A stretch of DNA of 39,456 nt from an archaeon (lineage in GTDB: Archaea > B1Sed10-29 > WALL01): NCBI GenBank assembly GCA_042584585.1, contig JBHOSQ010000010.1:1-39456 (forward strand), given 5' to 3'. A program made the translations under genes and the position numbers. Positions 9,075-17,131 of this stretch are shown here, in pieces (position 1 is the stretch's first letter; the number at the start of each line of letters is the position of its first letter). Under the pieces are notes generated by a model that worked only from the letters and a program-made list of their open reading frames with translations, was not told the origin of the DNA and ran no database searches.

Positions 9075-9344
9075 CTACTTGTTGAAGAAGTGCTTTAGCC
9101 AGAGCTTTTTGAAGAAGGGCAGCGTCAATGTCGATATCATGAACCCCGCAGTCGCCCCTATCGCGTTGAGCCACGCGTCCGGAATGTTGATGGCCTGCAG
9201 GTAAAGCGCAATCGCAAGGTAAGTGAATACCGCAAGCAGCACCCGCCGGCTATAACTTGTCTCCCACGCCTTGTCGCCTTCGACAGACTTGTTCCTCTTC
9301 TTGATTTCCTTGACTTCTTTCTTGAGCTGCGCAACTGTCGCCAT
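9075..9344 (-). CDS. Small 2-TM membrane protein
   Basis: Short coiled coil (IKKRNKSVEGDKAWETS) followed by two hydrophobic helices. Starts just after the cdc6 stop; alternative GTG start at 9353. Confidence 0.8.
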   Translation of the reverse strand: MATVAQLKKEVKEIKKRNKSVEGDKAWETSYSRRVLLAVFTYLAIALYLQAINIPDAWLNAIGATAGFMISTLTLPFFKKLWLKHFFNK

Positions 9345-9349
9345 GCTAA

Positions 9350-10540
9350 TCACACAAACCTCTTCTCGGCCGCAGTCTTTACTTTTTCGGGTGGGAACGA
9401 CAATTTAATCAGCCGCGTGTTGCCCCTAATCCCGGGCCCGCTCATCGTCATTGTGATGAGCCCCATCATGTCCAGCTCGTTCAGGTATTCCCTGAACCAT
9501 CGCGCGCTGCGCGCGGGGGTCTTCCACTTTTTACAAAGCCCTTCGTATCCCTCGTACGCTTCCCCAGAAAACAACAGCCGCTCACCGTTGTCCATGAGCC
9601 GCCTGTACTTGCTCCCCTCCGCCGTGAGGTTTGCAATTGCGTACAGCACAATTATCTGGTGCTCGGGCAAAGTGTTAATCAGTTCAATCACAATGTCTTC
9701 TTCGACCGCGCTTCTGGCTTTTTTGACGTAGTCGTCGGTGACTTTTTTGCCTTCTGCGTCGGCGAACTCTCCTGCCTTGAGCAAAAGCCGCAGTGCGTAC
9801 CGCGCGTCGCCGCTTTCCTGCGCGGCAAAAGCCGCGGCCAAACTAATGGCGCCGTCGCTGACAAGCCCTTTCTTGAACCCTTCTTTCGCGCGGTCGCCGA
9901 GAATTGAGCTCAACTGCTCCGCGTTGTACGGCGCGAAGACCATTTCGTCTTCGCACAGTGTTGACTTGCTCCGCGGGTCGAGCTTTTCCTTGAAGTCAAT
10001 CTTGTTGCTTATCCCGACCAGCCCTATGTGCCCGGTCTTCAAGTCATCATTCGCCCGCGTTAATGAATACATCAGCTCGTCTAAATCCTTGACCTTGTCT
10101 ATCTCGTCGAGCACAACGATGAACACCAAGCCGCCGCCCACGTGCTCCAAGAATTTTTCGTAGAGGTGCGTCGACGAAAGCCCCAGAAAGTTTTCGTTTG
10201 GCTTTGCCCGCTGCGCGAGCTTGAGTAATACCTGGTACTTTGTGTTGTGCGTCCGGCAATTCAGGTACATTGAGTCGACTTTTGCCTCGTATTTTTTCTT
10301 GGTCTCGTCGAGCTTTTCCATGACGTGCTTGACGACCGCTGTTTTCCCAACGCCTGTTTTCCCGTACAGGAACAGGTTTGACGGCCTTTTCTGTGACAGC
10401 GCTGGCGCGATGACCTTCATGACCTTGGTTATCTCCCCTTCCCTATAGGGCAGGTGCCCTGGCAGGTAGTGGGGGCTCAGTACGTTCCGGTCCTCGAATA
10501 TCGTGGAGCGGTGCATCTCTTTCTCGAACAGGTTTTCCAT
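9350..10540 (-). CDS. cdc6: Orc1/Cdc6 replication initiator
   Basis: LPYRE, Walker A GKTGVGKT, Walker B VVLDEID, F-x-PYNAEQL, GDARYAL and a C-terminal winged helix. SD GAGGTG. Confidence 0.96.
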   Translation of the reverse strand: MENLFEKEMHRSTIFEDRNVLSPHYLPGHLPYREGEITKVMKVIAPALSQKRPSNLFLYGKTGVGKTAVVKHVMEKLDETKKKYEAKVDSMYLNCRTHNTKYQVLLKLAQRAKPNENFLGLSSTHLYEKFLEHVGGGLVFIVVLDEIDKVKDLDELMYSLTRANDDLKTGHIGLVGISNKIDFKEKLDPRSKSTLCEDEMVFAPYNAEQLSSILGDRAKEGFKKGLVSDGAISLAAAFAAQESGDARYALRLLLKAGEFADAEGKKVTDDYVKKARSAVEEDIVIELINTLPEHQIIVLYAIANLTAEGSKYRRLMDNGERLLFSGEAYEGYEGLCKKWKTPARSARWFREYLNELDMMGLITMTMSGPGIRGNTRLIKLSFPPEKVKTAAEKRFV

Positions 10541-10682
10541 CTCGCCACCTCGCGGCTGACGATTATGGGAAGTTTCATTTATAACCTTTTCTTCCGGTAT
10601 TTTTTTGCATTAAACAAAGGCTTTTTATTACCCAAAAATTATAATCGACAATGCTTTTCAAGCTATGAATGGAGGCTTACGA
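10541..10682. promoter_or_regulatory. Divergent cdc6 / sepF promoter region
   Basis: AT-rich gap. The minus strand carries GAAAAG-GTTATAAA (BRE+TATA, about 10578-10591). The plus strand carries AAAAATTATAA (about 10634-10644) and SD GGAGG at 10671-10675. Confidence 0.65.
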
Positions 10683-11042
10683 ATGGTAGGGTTTCTCAAA
10701 AAATTAACTGGCACACCGGGCGGAGAGGAAAGCGAAGTCGAGGAGTACTTGGACACCCTTGGCCTCGAGAACGAGGACTTCATGGAAGAAGAGGCAGATG
10801 TTTGGGTCAAGCCAATCATCCTGGAAGACGTCGGTGACGCCGCCGTAATCAGGGACGAGCTCGGAAACGGGAACATCGTGCTGCTCAATATTGAGCCGCT
10901 CATGAAGAGAAACGCCATCAAGCTGAAGCAGACGATCAACAAGATCAAGGACTCTGCAAAGTCAATTGACGGCGACATCGCAAGGCTTAGCGAGTACAAG
11001 CTCCTTGTGACGCCCAAGGGCATCAAGGTTTCTAGGAAGTAG
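10683..11042 (+). CDS. sepF: Cell division protein SepF
   Basis: Amphipathic MVGFLKKL, acidic linker, GNIVLLNI, GDIARL and LLVTPKGIKV. SD GGAGG upstream. Confidence 0.9.
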   Translation: MVGFLKKLTGTPGGEESEVEEYLDTLGLENEDFMEEEADVWVKPIILEDVGDAAVIRDELGNGNIVLLNIEPLMKRNAIKLKQTINKIKDSAKSIDGDIARLSEYKLLVTPKGIKVSRK

Positions 11043-11048
11043 AGCCTA

Positions 11049-11807
11049 ATGCTCCTGGACGCTCCCGCGCTCCAGCTGCGTTACACCCTTAAGGACATTC
11101 TCGGCATCGTGGAGCGCGTGCTCAAGGACCGCCACTGGCGGAAGTTCGACATCGAGTCGACGAGCCTCGTCTATGTCCCCCACTGGTTCTTCAACTTTGA
11201 CGTCTACCAGCAGGCTGAGGGCCATTCTAAGGCCTATGCGTCGCAAATGGCTTTGGATGCGGTCACAGGAAAGCTAAACCCGATGCTCGTGCAGATAATG
11301 GGCAACATTCCGACGAAGCGCGAGAACGAGACGACCCACGGAATCCAGTGCGAGGCGTGGAAGCCCTCTGTGCAGAAAGCCGAGGTAAAGGACGTCGCGG
11401 CAATCAAGGTCGCGGGCGAGATGAACCTCCCGAAGGAGGCAGTTACGGTTTCTGGCGTCAACCTGCTTTACGTGCCTTATTGGCAGGTGTGGGTCCGGCT
11501 CCCAAGCGGCACGAAGCGCATTGACCTCGACGCAATCTCTGGCTCACCAGTCTTCATTTCCGATGTCCAGGAGCGCGAGCGCGGGACCCTTGAAATAACT
11601 ATGGACATGCTTGAGGACCTAAAGACGCCCGCGGGCTGGGTCGACTATTCCAAGAAGGCTTTTGACTGGGGCTTTGGCGCAGCGGCAAACGCGGGCCAAG
11701 GCATAATGGGCAGCGTCGTCCCCTGGGTTATGAACACGCGTGTCGGCCAGTACACCGCACTCGGCGCCATAATCATCCTTCTAATCCTCTTCTATCTGTA
11801 CCAGTAG
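11049..11807 (+). CDS. Hypothetical protein with two PepSY-like repeats and a C-terminal TM helix
   Basis: LVYVPHW...LDAVTG and LLYVPYW...LDAISG repeats; ends ALGAIIILLILFYLYQ; starts 6 nt after sepF. Confidence 0.8.
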   Translation: MLLDAPALQLRYTLKDILGIVERVLKDRHWRKFDIESTSLVYVPHWFFNFDVYQQAEGHSKAYASQMALDAVTGKLNPMLVQIMGNIPTKRENETTHGIQCEAWKPSVQKAEVKDVAAIKVAGEMNLPKEAVTVSGVNLLYVPYWQVWVRLPSGTKRIDLDAISGSPVFISDVQERERGTLEITMDMLEDLKTPAGWVDYSKKAFDWGFGAAANAGQGIMGSVVPWVMNTRVGQYTALGAIIILLILFYLYQ

Positions 11808-11843
11808 CTACCCTTTTATACCTCCTGGAAGTCACTATGGCTT

Positions 11844-12314
11844 ATGGGAAAGTGTGTCTTCTGTGACCGCGAATCTGAGAAAACGATTTATGCGAACGAT
11901 GCTTTCCACACCAAGTTCGACGCGTTTCCAGTGTCCCCGGGCCATGCCCTGGTCATCCCAAACCGCCACGTCTTGACCATTGCGGAGCTGACGGACGACG
12001 AGTGGGCGCTGCTGAAGCCAGCCATCCTCGAGACCACCAAAATAATCGAGTCAACTGACTTCAGTGAATTTTACAGCAGCTTTATCCACACGCCTGACGA
12101 AAAGACGGCCAAGTTCTCTGGCAAGATGCTTGAGCATGTCGGCGTCAGCAAGAACCCGGATGGCTACAACATTGGCGTGAACCTTGGCGTTGCTGCCGGA
12201 CAGACAATTGAGCACCTACACCTGCATATCATCCCGCGCTACACTGGCGACACGGAAGCAGCAACTGGTGGCATCAGGCAAGTGGTCCCAGAGCTAGCAG
12301 ACTACACTGACTAG
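11844..12314 (+). CDS. HIT family hydrolase
   Basis: CVFC, FPVSPGHALVIP, DGYNIGVN and AGQTIEHLHLHIIPRY. Confidence 0.94.
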   Translation: MGKCVFCDRESEKTIYANDAFHTKFDAFPVSPGHALVIPNRHVLTIAELTDDEWALLKPAILETTKIIESTDFSEFYSSFIHTPDEKTAKFSGKMLEHVGVSKNPDGYNIGVNLGVAAGQTIEHLHLHIIPRYTGDTEAATGGIRQVVPELADYTD

Positions 12315-15300
12315 AAAAAGTCGGCCAGGTTGTATTGCTTGCTCTTGTCGTTGATGAAGACAGAGTTTATGTTGTCCTCGACGAGCTTCAGCCTCTGCGC
12401 CATGTAGTCCGGCAGGCCGTACTTCTCGACAATGCCTTTGCTTATCTTGACGTACTTCCTTACGCTCCCCTCGGCAATCGTGAGAATGACTTTTCCGCCG
12501 CACTTTGTGCACTTCCCGACCAGGGGCACGCGCCGGTACTTGGCGTTGCAGTCCACGCACCTGAACTTCTGCTGCCCAAACGCCCTCAAGTTCCCGTAAA
12601 TGTCCCTGAAGAAGTGCGAGTTCAAGAGCCGCTCGGCCTCGTCCTTCTCGTCCACCGAGCGAATTTTTTTCCCGAGGCTCAGCTGCGCGTCGACTTTTTC
12701 CACCATGCTCCCCAGCTTCGTGTACGATGACTGTACCACTCCATTGTCAAGCCGGTTCGTGGCGTGCGTGTAGCCGAACCCGGAATATTGGCTTTCTTTC
12801 CCAAGCCTTTCCGCGACCATTTCTATCCTGTAGCTGCTGGGATTCCTCAGCTCGTGTGAGGTCCTGTAAAAACCAAGAGGGTATTCCCACGGCACGTCCA
12901 TTTCGTGCACTTGGTCGTCGACCTGCGACGGGTCAAGCGCAAGCGTAAGCACAAGTGGCGCGTCCATCGACCCCCCGCGTGTCGATGGCAGGTACAGTTT
13001 CGAGAAGTTAATCAGTGCGTCGGCCAGCAGCATCACAGCGTCTTCGTCGCCGTCGCAGTCCCGCCTGCACGCGGCGTGGAAGTACGGATGAGCATAACAC
13101 CCATGCGCCTTCGAGAACCCGATTATCCTCCCGAGCACCCCGGCGCTGGTGTGCGGCGCCAGCCCGACGAGTAGTTGCCCCACCAGGTCCTTGGGCGTCC
13201 GGCAGTTGTAGTATGCTTCCTGCCCATACAGCCCCTGCAGCAATTCGTCAATGAACCGTGAGACGCGGAACAGGTAGTCCCCCCCACGCTCCGCGAGCAC
13301 CACGTCCTGCGGGAACAGCTCGACGACCTGGTCGTCCCTCAGCAGCTCTTCGCCTTTCGCGTCCGCGGTGTACCCCATTTCCTTCAGCTTTTCCACGCTC
13401 GTCCCAATTTCCTTTGGGGTAAAATGCGTCAGCGGGAGGTTCGTCGAGTCGAACCGTATTGTCCCGTCCTTGAACAAGTAAACTTCATGCCGCGACCGCA
13501 GGATGCCTTTTTCGAGGGGCTCGGCAACCCGGTGCTTGCTCATCAGGCCCTTGACCCCCTTGAGTTTCGGGTTCGGCTTTCCAACCTTTTTTATTGCGCG
13601 GTCCATGGCCTCCTTGATGTTGATTGCCCGCGCGTCATGGGCAGTCCCATCCGTCCCGCAGGCCAGGCACTTTTTGCCTTTCCTCCCGCAGCGCGGGCAC
13701 ACGAAGTCGAGCTCTGCCCTGCCGCCACACTCGCACATCCTTCCCAGGGTGAGCTTGCCGCACTTGGGGCAGCGGTACCGGGTTATGTTAACACTGATTG
13801 TCCCGTCGTTGTACGCCTTCATGACAGACCGCGTTGCCCCACCGTAGTTCCCAACCGGGAAAAGCACGTGTGGTGCCGGTGTCATCAGCCGCTCTCTGGC
13901 TTTTTCCGGCCGGCCCATCCTCGCGCCGACGTACAGTGGTGCTTTTTTCATTATCTTTACCGGCGACAGCTTGTTCACGAATTCCATTACATCTTCTGCG
14001 TCGCCTTCGCCGTTGCCAAGCGTGGTCATGAGCGCCTTCTTCGTCTCGGGCTCGATGTAAACGTAATCTCCTTTGAGCTTGTGCGGTACCAGCAGTGTTT
14101 CAAGCGTCCGTTTCTCCGGCCCTTTTTCCATCCCGCTGTCGAGCCACTTGGCCAGGGACTTCAGCTCTTCAACACTCGTGTCGTGGTAGTTGAAAGTGTA
14201 CTTGGGGTGCAGCGGCACGCCGTGCTTTTTGCTTATCTCGAGCGCTTCGTCGAACGTCTCGGCTTTTGCTTCGACGCCTTTTTCCTTTAGCTCGAGCGCC
14301 CACCATTCCTCGACCCATGGCGATGGCACAATTGGATGGTTGCTCTTCTGGAAGTCGCCGAACGACACGAGCAAATCCCCATTGAACAGTATCTCTTCTA
14401 TATCCTTCTCTAGGTCATCGGCTTGTTCCGGGCTGTCGACGCGCAGCACTTCGCCGGTCGTGAGCCGGACCACTGGCGGCTCTATTATGTCGACTGGCAC
14501 CACGGTCATTCCCTTGCCCGGCCTCTCCAGCTTCAGCTGCGTGCCAATCGCCGGAAACCCGCCCAGCACGCTCATCGTGGCGGGGTGCAGCCCCTTGGTC
14601 ATCAGCCCGGTGTTTCTGGCCCGCCCGTACCTGAGCCTGAACCCCCCTTGCCTGGAGGGGTAAGCAAATATCGGCCGGCCCGCAACAACGTCTTTTATGT
14701 AAGTGTCGATGGGCTTCAGCTCTCTCACGCCGTCTTCTGTGTCGCCGCCCTTGATGACTGCCTTGAGCCAGTCCCAGTCCAGCCCGAACTTCTGTGAGTA
14801 TTTTACTACCTTGCTCGCCTTCTGCGCAATGCCTTCGCTTATCACGAGGCACATTCCGCCCCGCACGCGGTTCGTCGCAATCCGCTCCAGGTCCTTGTAC
14901 ACGTCCACTTCGACTTCACTCGTCGGCTCCCCGCTGATGCACACCGGGCAGTTCTTTACAATCAGCTTGACTTCGTCGTCGCTTGCCTTGTACTGCAGCC
15001 TGCTCACTGCGTTGTGGTAAAGGTTGACTTCTTCGGCATACCTCTCAAGCTCGCTCTCGGTCGGCCTGTACTCGCTCAGCCCAAGCAGGTTACTCGTGTA
15101 GTGCGCAATCAATACTGCCAGTGCCTGCGCGGTCCCGCCGGCGCTCCTTATCGGCCCGGCGAAGGAAACCGACAAGTACTTGCTGCCGTCCGGGTTTTCC
15201 TCAATTTTCGCGCTTGCGACTCCGTCGATGGGCGCTGCCACAACCCCTTCCGTGAGCAGTGCAAGCGCGGTGCGGATGCACTGTTCCGCCCGCTCGTTTT

Positions 15301-15580
15301 TTGTGTTGCCGCCGAACTTGCCTTCGATTATCCAGTCGCAGACCTTGAGCGCGGTCTCTTCGCGGTCGTGCCCTTTCATGTAGTCCCGCATCGCTTCCGC
15401 GATTCCTTCCGGCCCGACCAGCCCTTCCACGCGGTCGCAGATGTCTGCCGCCAGCGCGATTTCCACTTTCATGGCGGGGTCGTACCCTTTTTCCCTGGCG
15501 GAAGTCGCGAGCTTGTAGGCCCGCATGGTCTCTTCCTCAAGCAAGGAATAGTAGTGCTTGATTCCATCGGTGGCAATCAC
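12311..15580 (-). CDS. polC: DNA polymerase D large subunit DP2 (intein-free)
   Basis: GPIRSAGGTAQA, GGFRLRYGR, KDGTIRFD, LAPHTSAG, catalytic CDGDED, Zn-finger Cys clusters and C-terminal PIP box QYNLADFF. Confidence 0.98.
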   Translation of the reverse strand: MIATDGIKHYYSLLEEETMRAYKLATSAREKGYDPAMKVEIALAADICDRVEGLVGPEGIAEAMRDYMKGHDREETALKVCDWIIEGKFGGNTKNERAEQCIRTALALLTEGVVAAPIDGVASAKIEENPDGSKYLSVSFAGPIRSAGGTAQALAVLIAHYTSNLLGLSEYRPTESELERYAEEVNLYHNAVSRLQYKASDDEVKLIVKNCPVCISGEPTSEVEVDVYKDLERIATNRVRGGMCLVISEGIAQKASKVVKYSQKFGLDWDWLKAVIKGGDTEDGVRELKPIDTYIKDVVAGRPIFAYPSRQGGFRLRYGRARNTGLMTKGLHPATMSVLGGFPAIGTQLKLERPGKGMTVVPVDIIEPPVVRLTTGEVLRVDSPEQADDLEKDIEEILFNGDLLVSFGDFQKSNHPIVPSPWVEEWWALELKEKGVEAKAETFDEALEISKKHGVPLHPKYTFNYHDTSVEELKSLAKWLDSGMEKGPEKRTLETLLVPHKLKGDYVYIEPETKKALMTTLGNGEGDAEDVMEFVNKLSPVKIMKKAPLYVGARMGRPEKARERLMTPAPHVLFPVGNYGGATRSVMKAYNDGTISVNITRYRCPKCGKLTLGRMCECGGRAELDFVCPRCGRKGKKCLACGTDGTAHDARAINIKEAMDRAIKKVGKPNPKLKGVKGLMSKHRVAEPLEKGILRSRHEVYLFKDGTIRFDSTNLPLTHFTPKEIGTSVEKLKEMGYTADAKGEELLRDDQVVELFPQDVVLAERGGDYLFRVSRFIDELLQGLYGQEAYYNCRTPKDLVGQLLVGLAPHTSAGVLGRIIGFSKAHGCYAHPYFHAACRRDCDGDEDAVMLLADALINFSKLYLPSTRGGSMDAPLVLTLALDPSQVDDQVHEMDVPWEYPLGFYRTSHELRNPSSYRIEMVAERLGKESQYSGFGYTHATNRLDNGVVQSSYTKLGSMVEKVDAQLSLGKKIRSVDEKDEAERLLNSHFFRDIYGNLRAFGQQKFRCVDCNAKYRRVPLVGKCTKCGGKVILTIAEGSVRKYVKISKGIVEKYGLPDYMAQRLKLVEDNINSVFINDKSKQYNLADFF

Positions 15581-17049
15581 TTCGCGCCACCTCCTTTGGG
15601 CTCAATGAACTTGAGTATCGTGATTTTCCCGGACCTCAGGCTGACCAGTGGCAGTACGCACGGCGTTGGGTGGTGGCCCAGCTTGACTTGGTATGGCGTC
15701 ACGCTTTGCCAGCAGCCGCTGTTTATCCCGATGACCCCCCGGTGGGTCGTGTAGCCGTTCCGGTGCACGTCGCCCACGTGCAGCAGGTCCGGCACTTTCC
15801 GCATAACCATGTAGTCCTTCTTTTCCGGCACTATGGGCGGCTTTTCGCCGTACACGGGGTGGAGGTGCCGGCGCTTTATCCATTCGGTTATCACGGTCTC
15901 GGGTCGCTCGTAGTTCACGTTGTTCGTGTGCGGCACAATCCCGTGTATTGATGCGCCGTGGTAAAGCATTACTTCGAACCCGTGCAGCGAAACGTACCCC
16001 GGCGATCCGATGCAGGTAAAGTTGCTCATGTCGTTCAATGGGCCGAGCACTTCCTTGGACAGCGCGGGCTGTGGCTCCGCAACCCTTACCGCGTCGTGGT
16101 TTCCGGGGATTGCGACCATCTCGATGTAGTCCGGGATTTGTTTCAGGTAAAACTGCAGCTGTTCGTACTGCTTGAAGATATCATCCGTCGCGAGCTCGTC
16201 TTCCTGACCCGGGTAAACCCCCACACCATCCACGAGGTCCCCCGCAATCGTGATGTACTTGACTTTCCCTGCCAGCTCGCTCTGCTTTCCCCCACCGTTT
16301 ATCCACTCAATGAACTTTTGGAACTGCGTTTCCATGAACAGCTTTGAGCCGATGTGCATGTCCGAAAGCAGCGCGACATAAATGTCTTCTTCGGTCCGGT
16401 TCGGCTCGCGCATGGCGACGTCCGGCCTGTAGACCTGCTTGCAGATGAACAGCTCTTTGCTCATCTTCCCTTCGACTGCGATAACTTCGTCCGGGATAAT
16501 GTTTTGCGAGAACTCCACCATGGCTTTGTCGCTCTTCGGGAAGAGCACTTTCAGCGACCCGCCCAAGTCCTCTAGTTCCATGAGGCGGTGCCCGTTTTTT
16601 GTCGTGTTGATGGAACTGACCATTCCGATGACGCGGACGTCGTCCCCCAGCCTCTTCTTTTTCACGGTTTCGATGTCCCGCGCCATGTTGCCGCGCACGC
16701 GGAGTATTTTGGCGAGCGCTTCGTATCGGTCCCTGAACAGCGCGACGAAGTCCCCGACTTTTCCCTCGCTTGTGCTCTTGCCGGTGACGTCCTGCTCGTC
16801 GAATACGTTGACCTCCGCGGCTATTTCCTTCGCCGCTGGATTGAACGCTTTCCGGAGGTTTAGCTCAAACTTCTTGGCCTCCGGCTTCTTCTCCTCAAGA
16901 TCTTCTTTCCGCACCCAGGGCCCTGCCACGCGCTCCATGGCCTCGGCCGCGAACTTCATGGGCTCGGGCTTGGCCATGATTGCCTCTAGCGCGTCGGGCG
17001 TGACGAAAAGTCCCTTTTCTCTAAAAGCAGTGAGCAATTCTTCTTTCAT
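15577..17049 (-). CDS. polB: DNA polymerase D small (proofreading exonuclease) subunit DP1
   Basis: OB fold followed by calcineurin-like motifs SDMHIGS, AGDLVDGVGVYPGQ, PGNHD, YHG and RRHLHP. Overlaps the DP2 start by 4 nt. Confidence 0.97.
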   Translation of the reverse strand: MKEELLTAFREKGLFVTPDALEAIMAKPEPMKFAAEAMERVAGPWVRKEDLEEKKPEAKKFELNLRKAFNPAAKEIAAEVNVFDEQDVTGKSTSEGKVGDFVALFRDRYEALAKILRVRGNMARDIETVKKKRLGDDVRVIGMVSSINTTKNGHRLMELEDLGGSLKVLFPKSDKAMVEFSQNIIPDEVIAVEGKMSKELFICKQVYRPDVAMREPNRTEEDIYVALLSDMHIGSKLFMETQFQKFIEWINGGGKQSELAGKVKYITIAGDLVDGVGVYPGQEDELATDDIFKQYEQLQFYLKQIPDYIEMVAIPGNHDAVRVAEPQPALSKEVLGPLNDMSNFTCIGSPGYVSLHGFEVMLYHGASIHGIVPHTNNVNYERPETVITEWIKRRHLHPVYGEKPPIVPEKKDYMVMRKVPDLLHVGDVHRNGYTTHRGVIGINSGCWQSVTPYQVKLGHHPTPCVLPLVSLRSGKITILKFIEPKGGGAK

Positions 17050-17131
17050 GCAAGCACCCCTGCGCGGTTAGCGACCGGGCTTGCATTAACTTAGGGAGTT
17101 GAACTTTAACTACTTTTCCTTTTGCAAAAAA

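Noticed and set aside
10541-10682. Replication origin next to cdc6
   Set aside because: The gap is AT-rich but short, and I found no repeated ORB/mini-ORB (TCCA-x-TGGAAAC, G-string) elements. Two divergent promoters explain the AT content. An atypical origin is not excluded.
12335-17071. Many 60-290 aa plus-strand ORFs opposite DP1/DP2 (and similar ones opposite other genes)
   Set aside because: These are expected antisense ORFs from GC-rich codon bias, with no motifs or initiation signals.
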